Position numbers and translations under genes: made by a program. Positions 49,570-57,923 of a DNA stretch of 64,000 nt are shown here, piece after piece. The number at the start of each line of letters is the position of its first letter. Position 1 is the stretch's first letter. Below the pieces are notes generated by a model that saw only the letters and a list, made by a program, of their open reading frames with translations, had not been told where the DNA came from and made no database searches. The stretch is taken from assembly GCA_965204685.1 (NCBI GenBank), contig OZ242004.1, positions 1,226,615-1,290,614 on the forward strand, given 5' to 3'. The stretch comes from Dehalococcoidia bacterium. Lineage in GTDB: Bacteria > Chloroflexota > Dehalococcoidia > Lucifugimonadales > UBA3495.

Positions 49570-50319
49570 TCAGGTTGTAGTCGAAACGACCTCAAATGCT
49601 GATTGTCTCTTTTCGTCCGTTCGCTCAGACACCGCCTCCACAACGGTCAACGCAACGCCATCCGCGGCGTTTACATGATCCCATATCACGTTGGCGGGGC
49701 TCGGCGGGGCTACAGGCTCGCCACGTGCTGCCAATTCTTCCAGGTGCAGCGCCAGGGCTTTCCGTGCCGCCTCGCATGCTTCCTCAAGGGTGCCGCCGGC
49801 CGTGATGCAGCCGGGGAGGTCCGGGAAACTGACGATAAAACTGTCATTGGGGTTTTGGATCAGCAGTGCAGCATAAGTCTTTCCTGCGCTGGTGTCGGGT
49901 ACAGGTTTGAGCGAGACGGCGGACTGGGGCGGCTCCTCCGGAGACTCGTACAAATTATGCAATTCTTCTTCCGTAAGGGGAGTACCGTAGATCTCCTGGT
50001 ATTCGTCCGAGGCCAGGAATGCTTCCAGCTCCGCCTGCGCTTCCTCCTCGGTACGTTCCGGCAGCGCTTCCACCACGATTAGAGCGATGGCGTAGCCGGC
50101 ATCTTCGTGGGCCAACGCTGCATCCGGGGAGCAGGGTAGAGGAATGTGCTCCCCATCGGCGGCCATTCCTTCCAAGTGAAGCGCAAGCGCCTCACGCGCC
50201 ATCTCGCGGGCTTCTTCAAAAGTATCGCCCCCGGACGTGCAGCCAAGGAAATCGGGGAACGTCACCCCGAAACTGCTGTCCGGATCTTTGTGTATGAAGG
50301 CCAGGTAGGTTCGTTCCAT
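49570..50319 (-). CDS. hicB: HicB-family antitoxin with two tandem HicB N-terminal domains
   Basis: Two homologous halves: YLAFIHKDPDSSFGVTFPDFLGCTSGGDTFEEAREMAREALALHLEG and YAALLIQNPNDSFIVSFPDLPGCITAGGTLEEACEAARKALALHLEE. No recognisable DNA-binding tail. Confidence 0.8.
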   Translation of the reverse strand: MERTYLAFIHKDPDSSFGVTFPDFLGCTSGGDTFEEAREMAREALALHLEGMAADGEHIPLPCSPDAALAHEDAGYAIALIVVEALPERTEEEAQAELEAFLASDEYQEIYGTPLTEEELHNLYESPEEPPQSAVSLKPVPDTSAGKTYAALLIQNPNDSFIVSFPDLPGCITAGGTLEEACEAARKALALHLEELAARGEPVAPPSPANVIWDHVNAADGVALTVVEAVSERTDEKRQSAFEVVSTTT

Positions 50320-50321
50320 CG

Positions 50322-50522
50322 CTACCTCCTTTGCCGTCGCAGCCTCACGCCAGACTGCTTTTCAATGTTCAGCAAGGTTCCTATTGGGACGTCCTGCTGC
50401 GGATGAGTTACTGTGGTGGTGCCTGGTTTATCGGGATGTTTCATTTGATGATGGGAGCCAACGATACGATGCACGTACCATCCCTCTGCCCTCAATAGTC
50501 GCATGACCTCTCGACTGTGCAT
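50322..50522 (-). CDS. hicA: HicA-family mRNA interferase toxin
   Basis: REVMRLLRAEGWYVHRIVGSHHQMKHPDKPGTTTVTHPQQDVPIGTLLNIEKQSG is a canonical HicA pattern. Start ATG 50522 (alternative 50504). Stop is 2 nt before hicB. Confidence 0.8.
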   Translation of the reverse strand: MHSREVMRLLRAEGWYVHRIVGSHHQMKHPDKPGTTTVTHPQQDVPIGTLLNIEKQSGVRLRRQRR

Positions 50523-50596
50523 TGGCGCATTATACACCGCGACCCTTCCGTACCTGCGTTGCGCCATCGGGCGGCCGTCGGTATCCTTGCCTTGCC

Positions 50597-51901
50597 ATGA
50601 ATCGCACAGAACCAGACTCCATTCAACGAATTGCCGAGTTCGCCGCCGGCGTCGCTCAAGCGGACATCCCCTTGCCGCCTACCGTGGCCGAGTTGTGCCG
50701 CGAGATGATGCTCAACGCCGCCGGCGCCGCCCTGGCCGGCGCGGCGCATCCCGCCGGCGTTGCGCTGGCGCGTGTTGTACGGGAGATGGGCGGCAACGGT
50801 CGCAGCACCATCATCGGCATGGGCATGCGTACCTCGCCCGTATACGCCTCGCTGGTGAACGGCACCCTGGTGCGGCTACTGGACTACGACGACAACACCG
50901 TCGAGGCCGGAGCGCACGTCACCGCGGCCGTGTTTCCGCCGGTAATGGCGTTGGGCGAGATGCACGGATACTCCGGGCGGGACGTGCTTTCGGCGTTCGC
51001 CGCGGGATGCGAGGTGGCCGCACGCTTCAGCACGGTTGATGCGACGCGCGGTTCGGCTGGCGCGATGGGGGCAGCGGTGGCATCGTCCATGCTGCTCGGG
51101 TTGGACGCCGCCGGCCTGGCCAGCGCGGTAGGGCTGGCGGTTCACGCCGGGAACGGCGGCAGGGAGTACGGTTCCGCCGGCGCGGCCGCCATGTCGCAAG
51201 GCAGAGCAGCCATGCAGGGCGTAATTGCCGCATTGAGCGCTGAGGCCGGAATTGATGGGACGTGCTCCAGCCCGACGTTTGGAACGGCGGATTTCGCCGA
51301 TCTTGGCGTCCGCTGGCGTCTTGAGGACCCGGGGGTCACCATCCGCCTGTATCCCTGCCATCCGGCGAGCCACAGCGTGATTGACGCTATCCTCGGCCTC
51401 GCCCAGTTGCACCGATTTGAGCCGTCCGACGTCTCTTCCGTACACATCGGAGTGACTGCCGGAACCACCGAACAACTGCCGCACGTCCTGCCCGCCGACG
51501 GTTGGCAGGCCCGCCGTTCAATCGGGTTCATCGCCGCTGCGACCCTGTGCCACGGGGCGCCGCTGATCAATTTCTTCTCAGAGCCGGCGGTCCGGGACGA
51601 GGGCGTCCGGGCCATGATGGAGTGCATATCCATCGAGGCCACTCTGCCGGCATCGCCGCTGGCCCTCAATCCGGCCGAGTTGGCGATTACCCTCAACGAC
51701 GGCCGCGCGTTGCGCCATCGTATCGACCACCCCCGGGGTTCACCGGCCATGCCCCTGGACGCCGAGGAACTGGACGCGAAATTCCTCTATTGCACCCGCT
51801 ATATCCTGCCGGCCGACCACATTGACGAAGCGGTCAGCAGTTTCCGCGGCATCCTCGAAATCGAAAACGTGACCGGAATGGCATCCGTACTTGGAGGTTA
51901 G
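50597..51901 (+). CDS. MmgE/PrpD (2-methylcitrate dehydratase) family protein
   Basis: 434 aa from ATG 50597. The N-terminal pattern IAEFAAGV...IP and LLDYDD is typical of MmgE/PrpD. Confidence 0.88.
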   Translation: MNRTEPDSIQRIAEFAAGVAQADIPLPPTVAELCREMMLNAAGAALAGAAHPAGVALARVVREMGGNGRSTIIGMGMRTSPVYASLVNGTLVRLLDYDDNTVEAGAHVTAAVFPPVMALGEMHGYSGRDVLSAFAAGCEVAARFSTVDATRGSAGAMGAAVASSMLLGLDAAGLASAVGLAVHAGNGGREYGSAGAAAMSQGRAAMQGVIAALSAEAGIDGTCSSPTFGTADFADLGVRWRLEDPGVTIRLYPCHPASHSVIDAILGLAQLHRFEPSDVSSVHIGVTAGTTEQLPHVLPADGWQARRSIGFIAAATLCHGAPLINFFSEPAVRDEGVRAMMECISIEATLPASPLALNPAELAITLNDGRALRHRIDHPRGSPAMPLDAEELDAKFLYCTRYILPADHIDEAVSSFRGILEIENVTGMASVLGG

Positions 51902-51906
51902 AAACC

Positions 51907-52875
51907 ATGAAAGGCATACGCGCCTACGAAGTTGGCGGACCCGACGTGCTGAAATATGAGGATATGCCCGAACCCACCGCCGGACCGGGCGAAGCAATCG
52001 TTGCCATCCGCAACATTGGCGTCAACTACACCGACGTCTCCAGCCGCAAGGGTACCAACCCGCCGGCGGCTTTCCCCTGGACGCCCGGCCGCGAGGCCTC
52101 GGGCGAGGTGATTGCCGTGGGTGACGGTGTGACGGAGGTCAGCGTGGGCGACCGGGTTGCCTACGCCATGCACACCGGGTCCTACTCCGAGCAACAGGCC
52201 GTACCCGCCTGGCTGCTGGTTCGCATCCCTGACGACATGGACTTCGAGACCGGCGCGGCCACCCTGCTCCAGTGTATGACCGCCCACTTCCTGGTCAACG
52301 ACATCGCGTCGCTGCAGGCCGGCCAGAGCGCGCTGGTGCACGCCGGCGCCGGTGGGATGGGCCTGCTGCTCATCCAGATGCTGAAGCGCATGGGCCTCCA
52401 CGTGTACACGACGGTATCCACTGACGAGAAGGCGGCGATGGCCCGCGGCGCGGGCGCCGATGACGTCATCCTGTACACCCAGCAGGACTTCGAGGAAGAA
52501 GTCCGCCGGATGACCGACGGCCAGGGCGTCAAGATCATCTACGACGCCGTGGGCGCAACGACCTTTGAGAAGGGCCTGCGCGTCCTGGGTCGGCGGGGCT
52601 GCATGGCGCTGTACGGGCAGGCCGGCGGCCCGGTGGGAGCGGTGGACTCGGGGATGCTGCGCAACGGCTCGCTGTTCCTCACCCGCCCTACCCTGGGAGA
52701 CTACACCGCCACGCGCGAAGAGCTGCTGCAGCGCGCGGAGGAATGCCTGGATTGGGTACAGTCGGGCGAGGTCAAGCTGAACGTCAGCCTGAACCTGCCG
52801 CTGTCGGACGCCGCCGAGGCCCACCGCCGCCTGGAGGGGAGGGAGACTACAGGGAAGATACTGCTGACGCCGTGA
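51907..52875 (+). CDS. NADPH:quinone oxidoreductase (zinc-type ADH/MDR family)
   Basis: MKGIRAYEVGGPDVLKYEDMPEP..., GREASGEVIAVG and AGAGGMGLLLIQ. Confidence 0.9.
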   Translation: MKGIRAYEVGGPDVLKYEDMPEPTAGPGEAIVAIRNIGVNYTDVSSRKGTNPPAAFPWTPGREASGEVIAVGDGVTEVSVGDRVAYAMHTGSYSEQQAVPAWLLVRIPDDMDFETGAATLLQCMTAHFLVNDIASLQAGQSALVHAGAGGMGLLLIQMLKRMGLHVYTTVSTDEKAAMARGAGADDVILYTQQDFEEEVRRMTDGQGVKIIYDAVGATTFEKGLRVLGRRGCMALYGQAGGPVGAVDSGMLRNGSLFLTRPTLGDYTATREELLQRAEECLDWVQSGEVKLNVSLNLPLSDAAEAHRRLEGRETTGKILLTP

Positions 52876-52933
52876 TATGCTCGCTATATCCAGTCTGTCG
52901 CATCCTGCCGCGGGCCGATCCAAGGGAGGGAAA

Positions 52934-53251
52934 ATGACTGAGCCCGCCAAACCTCAACGGATTTACTACACCTGCACTACCGCAGAGTTCAAAGAGCAGT
53001 GCCTCGAAATCATCGCGGAACTTGTTGAGTGCGACGGAGAGGTGATCATCTTCGACGGAGATGAGCCTGTAGTTCAAATTACCCGATACCAGGAAGTACA
53101 CGACCCTCTCCGAGGTTCGCTCAAGGGTCGTGTGCAGATTCACGGCGACATCGTATCCCCGCTGCCACCGGAATGGTACGCCTTGCGCACCGACCAGGAT
53201 GAGGAGTGGTACGGTCCATATACTGGCCAAGATGAGGAGCGCCCTGCTTGA
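52934..53251 (+). CDS. Phd/YefM-type antitoxin
   Basis: 105 aa. GGGAGGG RBS. The C-terminal ...LKGRVQIHGDIVSPLPPEW is typical of PIN-partner antitoxins. 4-nt overlap with the PIN gene. Confidence 0.7.
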   Translation: MTEPAKPQRIYYTCTTAEFKEQCLEIIAELVECDGEVIIFDGDEPVVQITRYQEVHDPLRGSLKGRVQIHGDIVSPLPPEWYALRTDQDEEWYGPYTGQDEERPA

Positions 53252-53646
53252 TACTGCCGGACACTTACACCCTGATTTGGTATATGGAAGCTAACTCCAG
53301 GCTGGGTAAGGAAGCAAGCGCCAGAATCGAAAGAGCCAAACGACGAGGCGATGCCGCTTTCTCCGCCATCTCCGTCTGGGAAGTAGCCCTGCTGCTGTCC
53401 AAAAACCGCCTCACGTTAGACGTCACCGCCATCCAGTGGCGTCAAAGCCTCCTCGCCGCCGGACTCATTGAAATCCCGGTTGACGGCGCAATTGCCGCCC
53501 GCTCCGTCGCCTTGACCGATTTCCACGACGACCCCGCCGACCGCATCATCATCGCCACCGCCCAGGAGGGACACCAACTGATCACTGGCGATCGTCACAT
53601 CCTGGACTGGACCGGCCGACTCAACCGGTTCCCGGCTCGCCGCTAA
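53248..53646 (+). CDS. vapC: PIN-domain toxin (VapC family)
   Basis: ILPDTYTLIWYM..., SVWEVALL and DPADRIIIATA...ITGDRHI: PIN acidic residues. TTG start. Confidence 0.85.
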   Translation: MILPDTYTLIWYMEANSRLGKEASARIERAKRRGDAAFSAISVWEVALLLSKNRLTLDVTAIQWRQSLLAAGLIEIPVDGAIAARSVALTDFHDDPADRIIIATAQEGHQLITGDRHILDWTGRLNRFPARR

Positions 53647-54540
53647 ATGGAGCCAATATCAATGCTCAACACGGTCGTCCATACCGGGGATCTCACGCCA
53701 CCGATCCAATCTTTGGAAGATTACTTCCGCAAAGGCGGAGTTTCCATCATTCAAGCCGCCTTCGCGCATTCGTACTTTGTTCACCCGGACGAAGTGCGGG
53801 CAAAGACGCCCTATTTCCCAGACCGTGCCCGATACAGTCGCCGACACTACCCAGGGCTTGATAAGGGGCAGCAAACCGTGTGGCCGGGCGATGGGCGGGA
53901 AATTCGTCTGGACGACAACCAGTACGCTCAGAATGCTTGGGCTCAGTACACCGGGCGTAACATTGAGCGGCGTACCGGCTACAGCTTACGCCACATCTGG
54001 GGAAATACACATAATCCGGATGCGTTCACGGCCGGCTGGAATTTCTGCTATATGCCCTTTTGGGCTGGTATGTTGACAGAAGACCAGAATCCGCACCCGG
54101 AACTACAATTGGCCATCTGTCAAGCTTCGTGGGAACTTTACTTTCGAGACTACCCTGTCTGTCAACCGCCGAACTTCGTTGAAAACCCGGGCATGGACTT
54201 GGATACCACGCTACGCGGGCAACCGCTGCTGATTCTGGCACGGGTAGCACCAGCAAACCCGAAGCGCACCAGACGAACTACAGGGCAAGATGCAATACTT
54301 CCCATCACTCTCGAACCATCGTCCCCAGAAACTTTCAAAGACGCCTTGCTACGCACCAAACAAGCGTGGATAGTGGTGACGTATTTGGATGGCAGTGAAA
54401 AAGTACGTCTCTGGAATGCCGAGCGGATTTCACCATCATCCAAAATAATGGGCAACCTCAGAAGCCGGCCTGAATTCCGAGCCGGCGCATGGCAACGAAA
54501 TGGCATCGTCAGCGTGCTGGTGAGCATAGAAAAGCCATAG
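53647..54540 (+). CDS. hypothetical protein (297 aa), no family recognised
   Basis: Its ATG directly abuts the vapC TAA stop. Clearly AT-richer than the genome background by eye. Realistic amino-acid composition. There is a weak HNH-like 'RHIWGNTHNP...WNF' segment, not reliable enough for a call. Confidence 0.6.
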   Translation: MEPISMLNTVVHTGDLTPPIQSLEDYFRKGGVSIIQAAFAHSYFVHPDEVRAKTPYFPDRARYSRRHYPGLDKGQQTVWPGDGREIRLDDNQYAQNAWAQYTGRNIERRTGYSLRHIWGNTHNPDAFTAGWNFCYMPFWAGMLTEDQNPHPELQLAICQASWELYFRDYPVCQPPNFVENPGMDLDTTLRGQPLLILARVAPANPKRTRRTTGQDAILPITLEPSSPETFKDALLRTKQAWIVVTYLDGSEKVRLWNAERISPSSKIMGNLRSRPEFRAGAWQRNGIVSVLVSIEKP

Positions 54541-54562
54541 GCCCGACTGCACCGCATGGACG

Positions 54563-54591
54563 TTGACGCCCCCAACCGCCCGCCATACAAT
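54563..54591 (+). promoter_or_regulatory. sigma70-type promoter candidate for the trpE leader
   Basis: TTGACG (54563-54568), 17-nt spacer, TACAAT (54586-54591), about 35 nt upstream of T-box Stem I. Confidence 0.55.
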
Positions 54592-54626
54592 TGATCCCGC
54601 AAATCCGAATACCCACAAGCCGTGAA

Positions 54627-54858
54627 GGGGGTTAGTACGCGTCCAGCGAGGCCCAGAGAGCCGGAGTAGCTGTGAACCGGCGCCAGGCGCAGACGTTGAA
54701 TGGACCCCGGAGCCGCCCGTTGAAAGGCTGCAACCTGACCCGGTTGCGGGGCCGAGTAGGACGGGCCGCATGGGCCGCGTTATCCGCCCGCCGAACACCG
54801 TACGCAGGGTGGCATCGCGGCCTACAGGCTCGTCCCGCAGGGGACGGGCTTTTCTTTT
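54627..54858 (+). promoter_or_regulatory. T-box riboswitch leader, Trp (UGG) specifier, with terminator
   Basis: Stem I has the S-turn AGUA (54634-54637) / GAA (54698-54700), specifier UGG (54701-54703) plus A, and distal AGAGAG / GUGAACCGG motifs. T-box sequence GGGTGGCATCGCGG lies at 54807-54820. Terminator AGGCTCGTCCC-GCAG-GGGACGGGCT plus TTTCTTTT lies at 54826-54858. Confidence 0.8.
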
Positions 54859-54892
54859 GCCGCTGCCGCCCAACACAGTTGGAAATCATCAC

Positions 54893-56353
54893 ATGAGCAA
54901 CTACTATCCCAGCCTCGATCAGGTCCGCGCCCTAGCCGGACAGGGCAACCTGTGCCCCATATACCGGACCATCAACGCCGACCTGGAAACTCCCGTATCG
55001 GCCTATCTGAAGGTGGCGCGTCCACCCTACTCTTTCCTGCTGGAATCGGTGGCCGGCGGCGAGCGCATCGGCCGCTACAGTTTCATCGGCACCGAGCCCT
55101 ACGACGTGTTCAGCACCGGTGACGACCAGCCCTCGGGCACGGTGGACCCGCTGACCCTGGTGCAGCGTGAAATGGACACCTTCCGGCTGGTTCCCGTGGA
55201 GGGTCTGCCGCCGTTCCACGGGGGAGGCGTCGGCTATGTCGCCTACGACGCCGTGCACTACTTCGAGCCGCGCGTGCCCATGCCTGAGGCCGACCCCCAG
55301 GGTCTGCCCGAATCGGTCTTCATGTTCACCGACACGCTGCTGGTGTTCGACCATCTGCGCCACGATATCAAGGTGGTGAGCCACGCCCGGCTGGACGGCG
55401 GCGACGTTGCCGAGGCCTACGCCGCGGCCACCGCCAAGATCGAGCGAATGGTCGACCGGCTCTCCCGGCCGCTGGAAATCCCGCCGGAACTGCTGGCGAC
55501 ACCCGCGCTCCCGTCCGGCGGAGAGACCCAGTCAAACTTCACTGTGCCGGAATACGAAGCTGTCATCGAGAAGTGCATTGAGTACATCTACGCCGGCGAC
55601 GTCATACAGGTGGTGAACTCCCAGCGGTTCAGCCGTCACACCGACGCCCACCCCTTCCAGGTATACCGGGCCCTGCGGGGCAGCAACCCGTCGCCGTATA
55701 TGTACTACCTTGACCTCAACGGGTTCCAGATCGTCGGCGCCGCCATCGAGACCGTGGCCACGGTTCACGACGGCACCGTCTCCACCCATCCCATCGCCGG
55801 CACGCGCCCGCGCGGCCAGACGCCAGCCGAGGACCTGGCCCTGGAAGAAGAGCTGAAGGGCAGCGAGAAGCAGCGGGCCGAACACATCATGCTCCTCGAC
55901 CTGGGACGCAACGACATCGGCCGCGTGAGCGTGCCGGGCACCGTCAGCGTCACACAATACATGGACGTGGAGCGGTTCTCCCACGTCATGCATCTGGTGT
56001 CCCACGTGGAAGGGCAGCTCAAGCCCGAGATGACCCCCTACGACGCCCTGCGCGCCTGCTTCCCTGCCGGCACCGTCTCCGGCGCGCCCAAGATACGCGC
56101 CATGGAGATTATCGCCGAGGTGGAGCAGGAGCGGCGCGGACCCTACGGCGGCGCGGTGGCCTACTTCAGCTACAACGGCAACATGGACACCGCCCTGGTC
56201 CTGCGCACCGGCATCTTCAAGGACGGCGTCATGTACGTCCAGGCCGGCGGCGGCGTGGTCGCCGACAGCGTGGCCGAGGATGAGTACATGGAGACCCGGC
56301 ACAAGTCGGGCGCCATGATGCGCGCCATTGACGTTGCCGAGGGCGCCGCGTAA
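54893..56353 (+). CDS. trpE: anthranilate synthase component I
   Basis: 486 aa. LCPIYRTINADLETPVSAY, LLESVAGGERIGRYSFIG and the C-terminal chorismate-binding motifs (GAPKIRAMEII, RGPYGGAV). The Trp T-box upstream supports TrpE over PabB. Confidence 0.93.
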   Translation: MSNYYPSLDQVRALAGQGNLCPIYRTINADLETPVSAYLKVARPPYSFLLESVAGGERIGRYSFIGTEPYDVFSTGDDQPSGTVDPLTLVQREMDTFRLVPVEGLPPFHGGGVGYVAYDAVHYFEPRVPMPEADPQGLPESVFMFTDTLLVFDHLRHDIKVVSHARLDGGDVAEAYAAATAKIERMVDRLSRPLEIPPELLATPALPSGGETQSNFTVPEYEAVIEKCIEYIYAGDVIQVVNSQRFSRHTDAHPFQVYRALRGSNPSPYMYYLDLNGFQIVGAAIETVATVHDGTVSTHPIAGTRPRGQTPAEDLALEEELKGSEKQRAEHIMLLDLGRNDIGRVSVPGTVSVTQYMDVERFSHVMHLVSHVEGQLKPEMTPYDALRACFPAGTVSGAPKIRAMEIIAEVEQERRGPYGGAVAYFSYNGNMDTALVLRTGIFKDGVMYVQAGGGVVADSVAEDEYMETRHKSGAMMRAIDVAEGAA

Positions 56354-56404
56354 CCGCTATTGCGCTCGCTCGACAGTGAACCTGACGAGAATCATAATCC
56401 GTCA

Positions 56405-56770
56405 ATGCAATTTGTGGTTCGATTTCATCCGGACTTCGAACCCGAATTCGATGCGTTGTCTGAAGCCGTTCGGGAGGCGTTTTTGCAGAGAGCGCGATTG
56501 TTGCAATCACAAGGACCGTTGTTGGGACGTCCCAATGTGGATAACCTGCAACTGTCCAAGTATCCCAGAATGAAAGAACTGCGGTTCAACGCTGATGGGG
56601 GCGTGTGGAGAGTGGCTTTCACCTTTGACGCCAACAGGGATGCGATTTTCCTGGCGGATGGTGATAAGTTCGGTTTCGGTAAGCGGAGTTTCTACCGTCG
56701 GTTGGTGGAGAAGGCGGATCAACGATACGCCCAACACGCCGCGCGCCTGCATCGAGAAGGAGCCGGGTAG
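56405..56770 (+). CDS. RelE/ParE-superfamily toxin, Gp49/HigB-like
   Basis: MQFVVRFHPDFEPEFDAL..., LRFNADGGVWRVAFTFDANRDAIFLADGDK and FYRRLVEKADQRYAQH are typical of Gp49-type toxins. Confidence 0.78.
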   Translation: MQFVVRFHPDFEPEFDALSEAVREAFLQRARLLQSQGPLLGRPNVDNLQLSKYPRMKELRFNADGGVWRVAFTFDANRDAIFLADGDKFGFGKRSFYRRLVEKADQRYAQHAARLHREGAG

Positions 56771-56771
56771 T

Positions 56772-57047
56772 ATGACTGCGTTGGACCGGAAGATTGCCGG
56801 TTTGCCCGCGGAAAGCCGGGAAAGGGCGCTGCAAGGCTCCGACGCGCTGTTTGCGGCCGAGACGTGCAATCAGCGCGGTTTGCGCCGCCTGCGGGATGGC
56901 CCGTACCGTCAAGCAATTGCAGATTTCAGCGAAGCTCAGAGATTGCACGCCCATTTCTACCACAACGATATGTCTCCAGAGTTACTGAGCATCGCCGTCG
57001 CGCAAACTCATGGCCTCATCAACCGCCTCCTCCCGCTTACCGCCTGA
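56772..57047 (+). CDS. hypothetical 91-aa protein; apparent chimera (antitoxin-like N-terminus + C-terminus paralogous to ORF 57570..57923)
   Basis: Sits in the antitoxin position, 1 nt after the toxin stop. There is no HTH domain. The last ~45 aa (RLHAHFYHNDMSPE...THGLINRLLPLTA) parallel RLHVHIYLNNMTDV...TRALINRLLPLAA. Confidence 0.5.
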   Translation: MTALDRKIAGLPAESRERALQGSDALFAAETCNQRGLRRLRDGPYRQAIADFSEAQRLHAHFYHNDMSPELLSIAVAQTHGLINRLLPLTA

Positions 57048-57204
57048 CCCCGTGATGGAGTGACGTGTAAGCGGTTGCCTACCGGAGGCTGGTTCTCCTA
57101 CACGCCGCTTGCGCCCTGAACCGAAGGGAGGTGTGGGGTTGCCCGAGACCTTTGTCCGGGCCGGCTATAATGATTAGTACCTTATCGGGACGTGGAGATT
57201 GGCC

Positions 57205-57573
57205 ATGCTGTCCCCGGAGCAAATCCAGGAAGTCCGGAATAAAGTCTGGCTTGCCGACCAGGCCATGGCCCAGCGCGACCATGAATTGTTCTGCAAACGC
57301 ATCTGGGAAGCCACTGCTCACGCCATCAAGTGCGTTGCCCGAAAACGCGGCTGGCCTTGTCAGACTTTTGACGAGATTTACGCCGCCGGCCGGCGGATTG
57401 CCAAAGCCCATCCTGAACAGCGTGGTTTCATGTCCGCGTTGGGCTGCGCCGACCTGGCCCGAACCAATGGGATGGGGCTCGCTATACCCGCCCAGGATGT
57501 GGAAGAGGACTGGGACATCTCTACCGGGTTCATTGATCGTATGTTGGGTTTCTCAGTGCGCGACGTGTCATGA
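57205..57573 (+). CDS. hypothetical helical protein (122 aa), PaREP1/HEPN-like four-helix-bundle pattern (tentative)
   Basis: GGAG RBS 7 nt upstream of ATG 57205, with TATAAT at 57166-57171. The pattern ...IWEATAHAIKCVARKRGW...IAKAH... parallels the next ORF. ATGA overlap with it. Confidence 0.55.
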   Translation: MLSPEQIQEVRNKVWLADQAMAQRDHELFCKRIWEATAHAIKCVARKRGWPCQTFDEIYAAGRRIAKAHPEQRGFMSALGCADLARTNGMGLAIPAQDVEEDWDISTGFIDRMLGFSVRDVS

Positions 57574-57923
57574 CATCGACAGAGCGGCTCCGTACATCCA
57601 CTGAATTGTCTTTGCTCGCCGAGCAGCACTTTGTCAATGGCGACGATATGGCAGGAGCCGAATTGCTCTGGGGCGCATTGTCGCAGGTCATCATCGCCAT
57701 AGCCATGCGGCGCGGACAACGGTATCAGGAACATCAACATCGTCGCCACGTGATGCGCCAAATAATCGCCGAGATTGACGACCCGGTAATTGTTGAAGAC
57801 TACAAAGATGCGAACCGGCTCCACGTCCATATTTACCTGAACAATATGACGGATGTTCAAGTTCGAGACGCGGCTGATACCACCCGCGCCCTCATCAACC
57901 GCCTCCTCCCTCTTGCCGCCTGA
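57570..57923 (+). CDS. hypothetical helical protein (117 aa), paralog of the preceding ORF
   Basis: ...AELLWGALSQVIIAIAMRRGQRYQEHQH...ANRLHVHIYLNNMT...ALINRLLPLAA. Contains an R-x5-H stretch. Family assignment is tentative. Confidence 0.55.
   Translation: MTSTERLRTSTELSLLAEQHFVNGDDMAGAELLWGALSQVIIAIAMRRGQRYQEHQHRRHVMRQIIAEIDDPVIVEDYKDANRLHVHIYLNNMTDVQVRDAADTTRALINRLLPLAA

Noticed and set aside
53647-54540. Calling the 297-aa orphan an HNH endonuclease
   Set aside because: Only a short H-I-W-G...N-F segment resembles HNH_2-type motifs. The second His/metal ligands are not evident, so the ORF is left as hypothetical.
57166-57171. Full promoter call upstream of ORF 57205
   Set aside because: A TATAAT box is present, but no acceptable -35 hexamer lies at 16-18 nt spacing. 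It is mentioned only as context.
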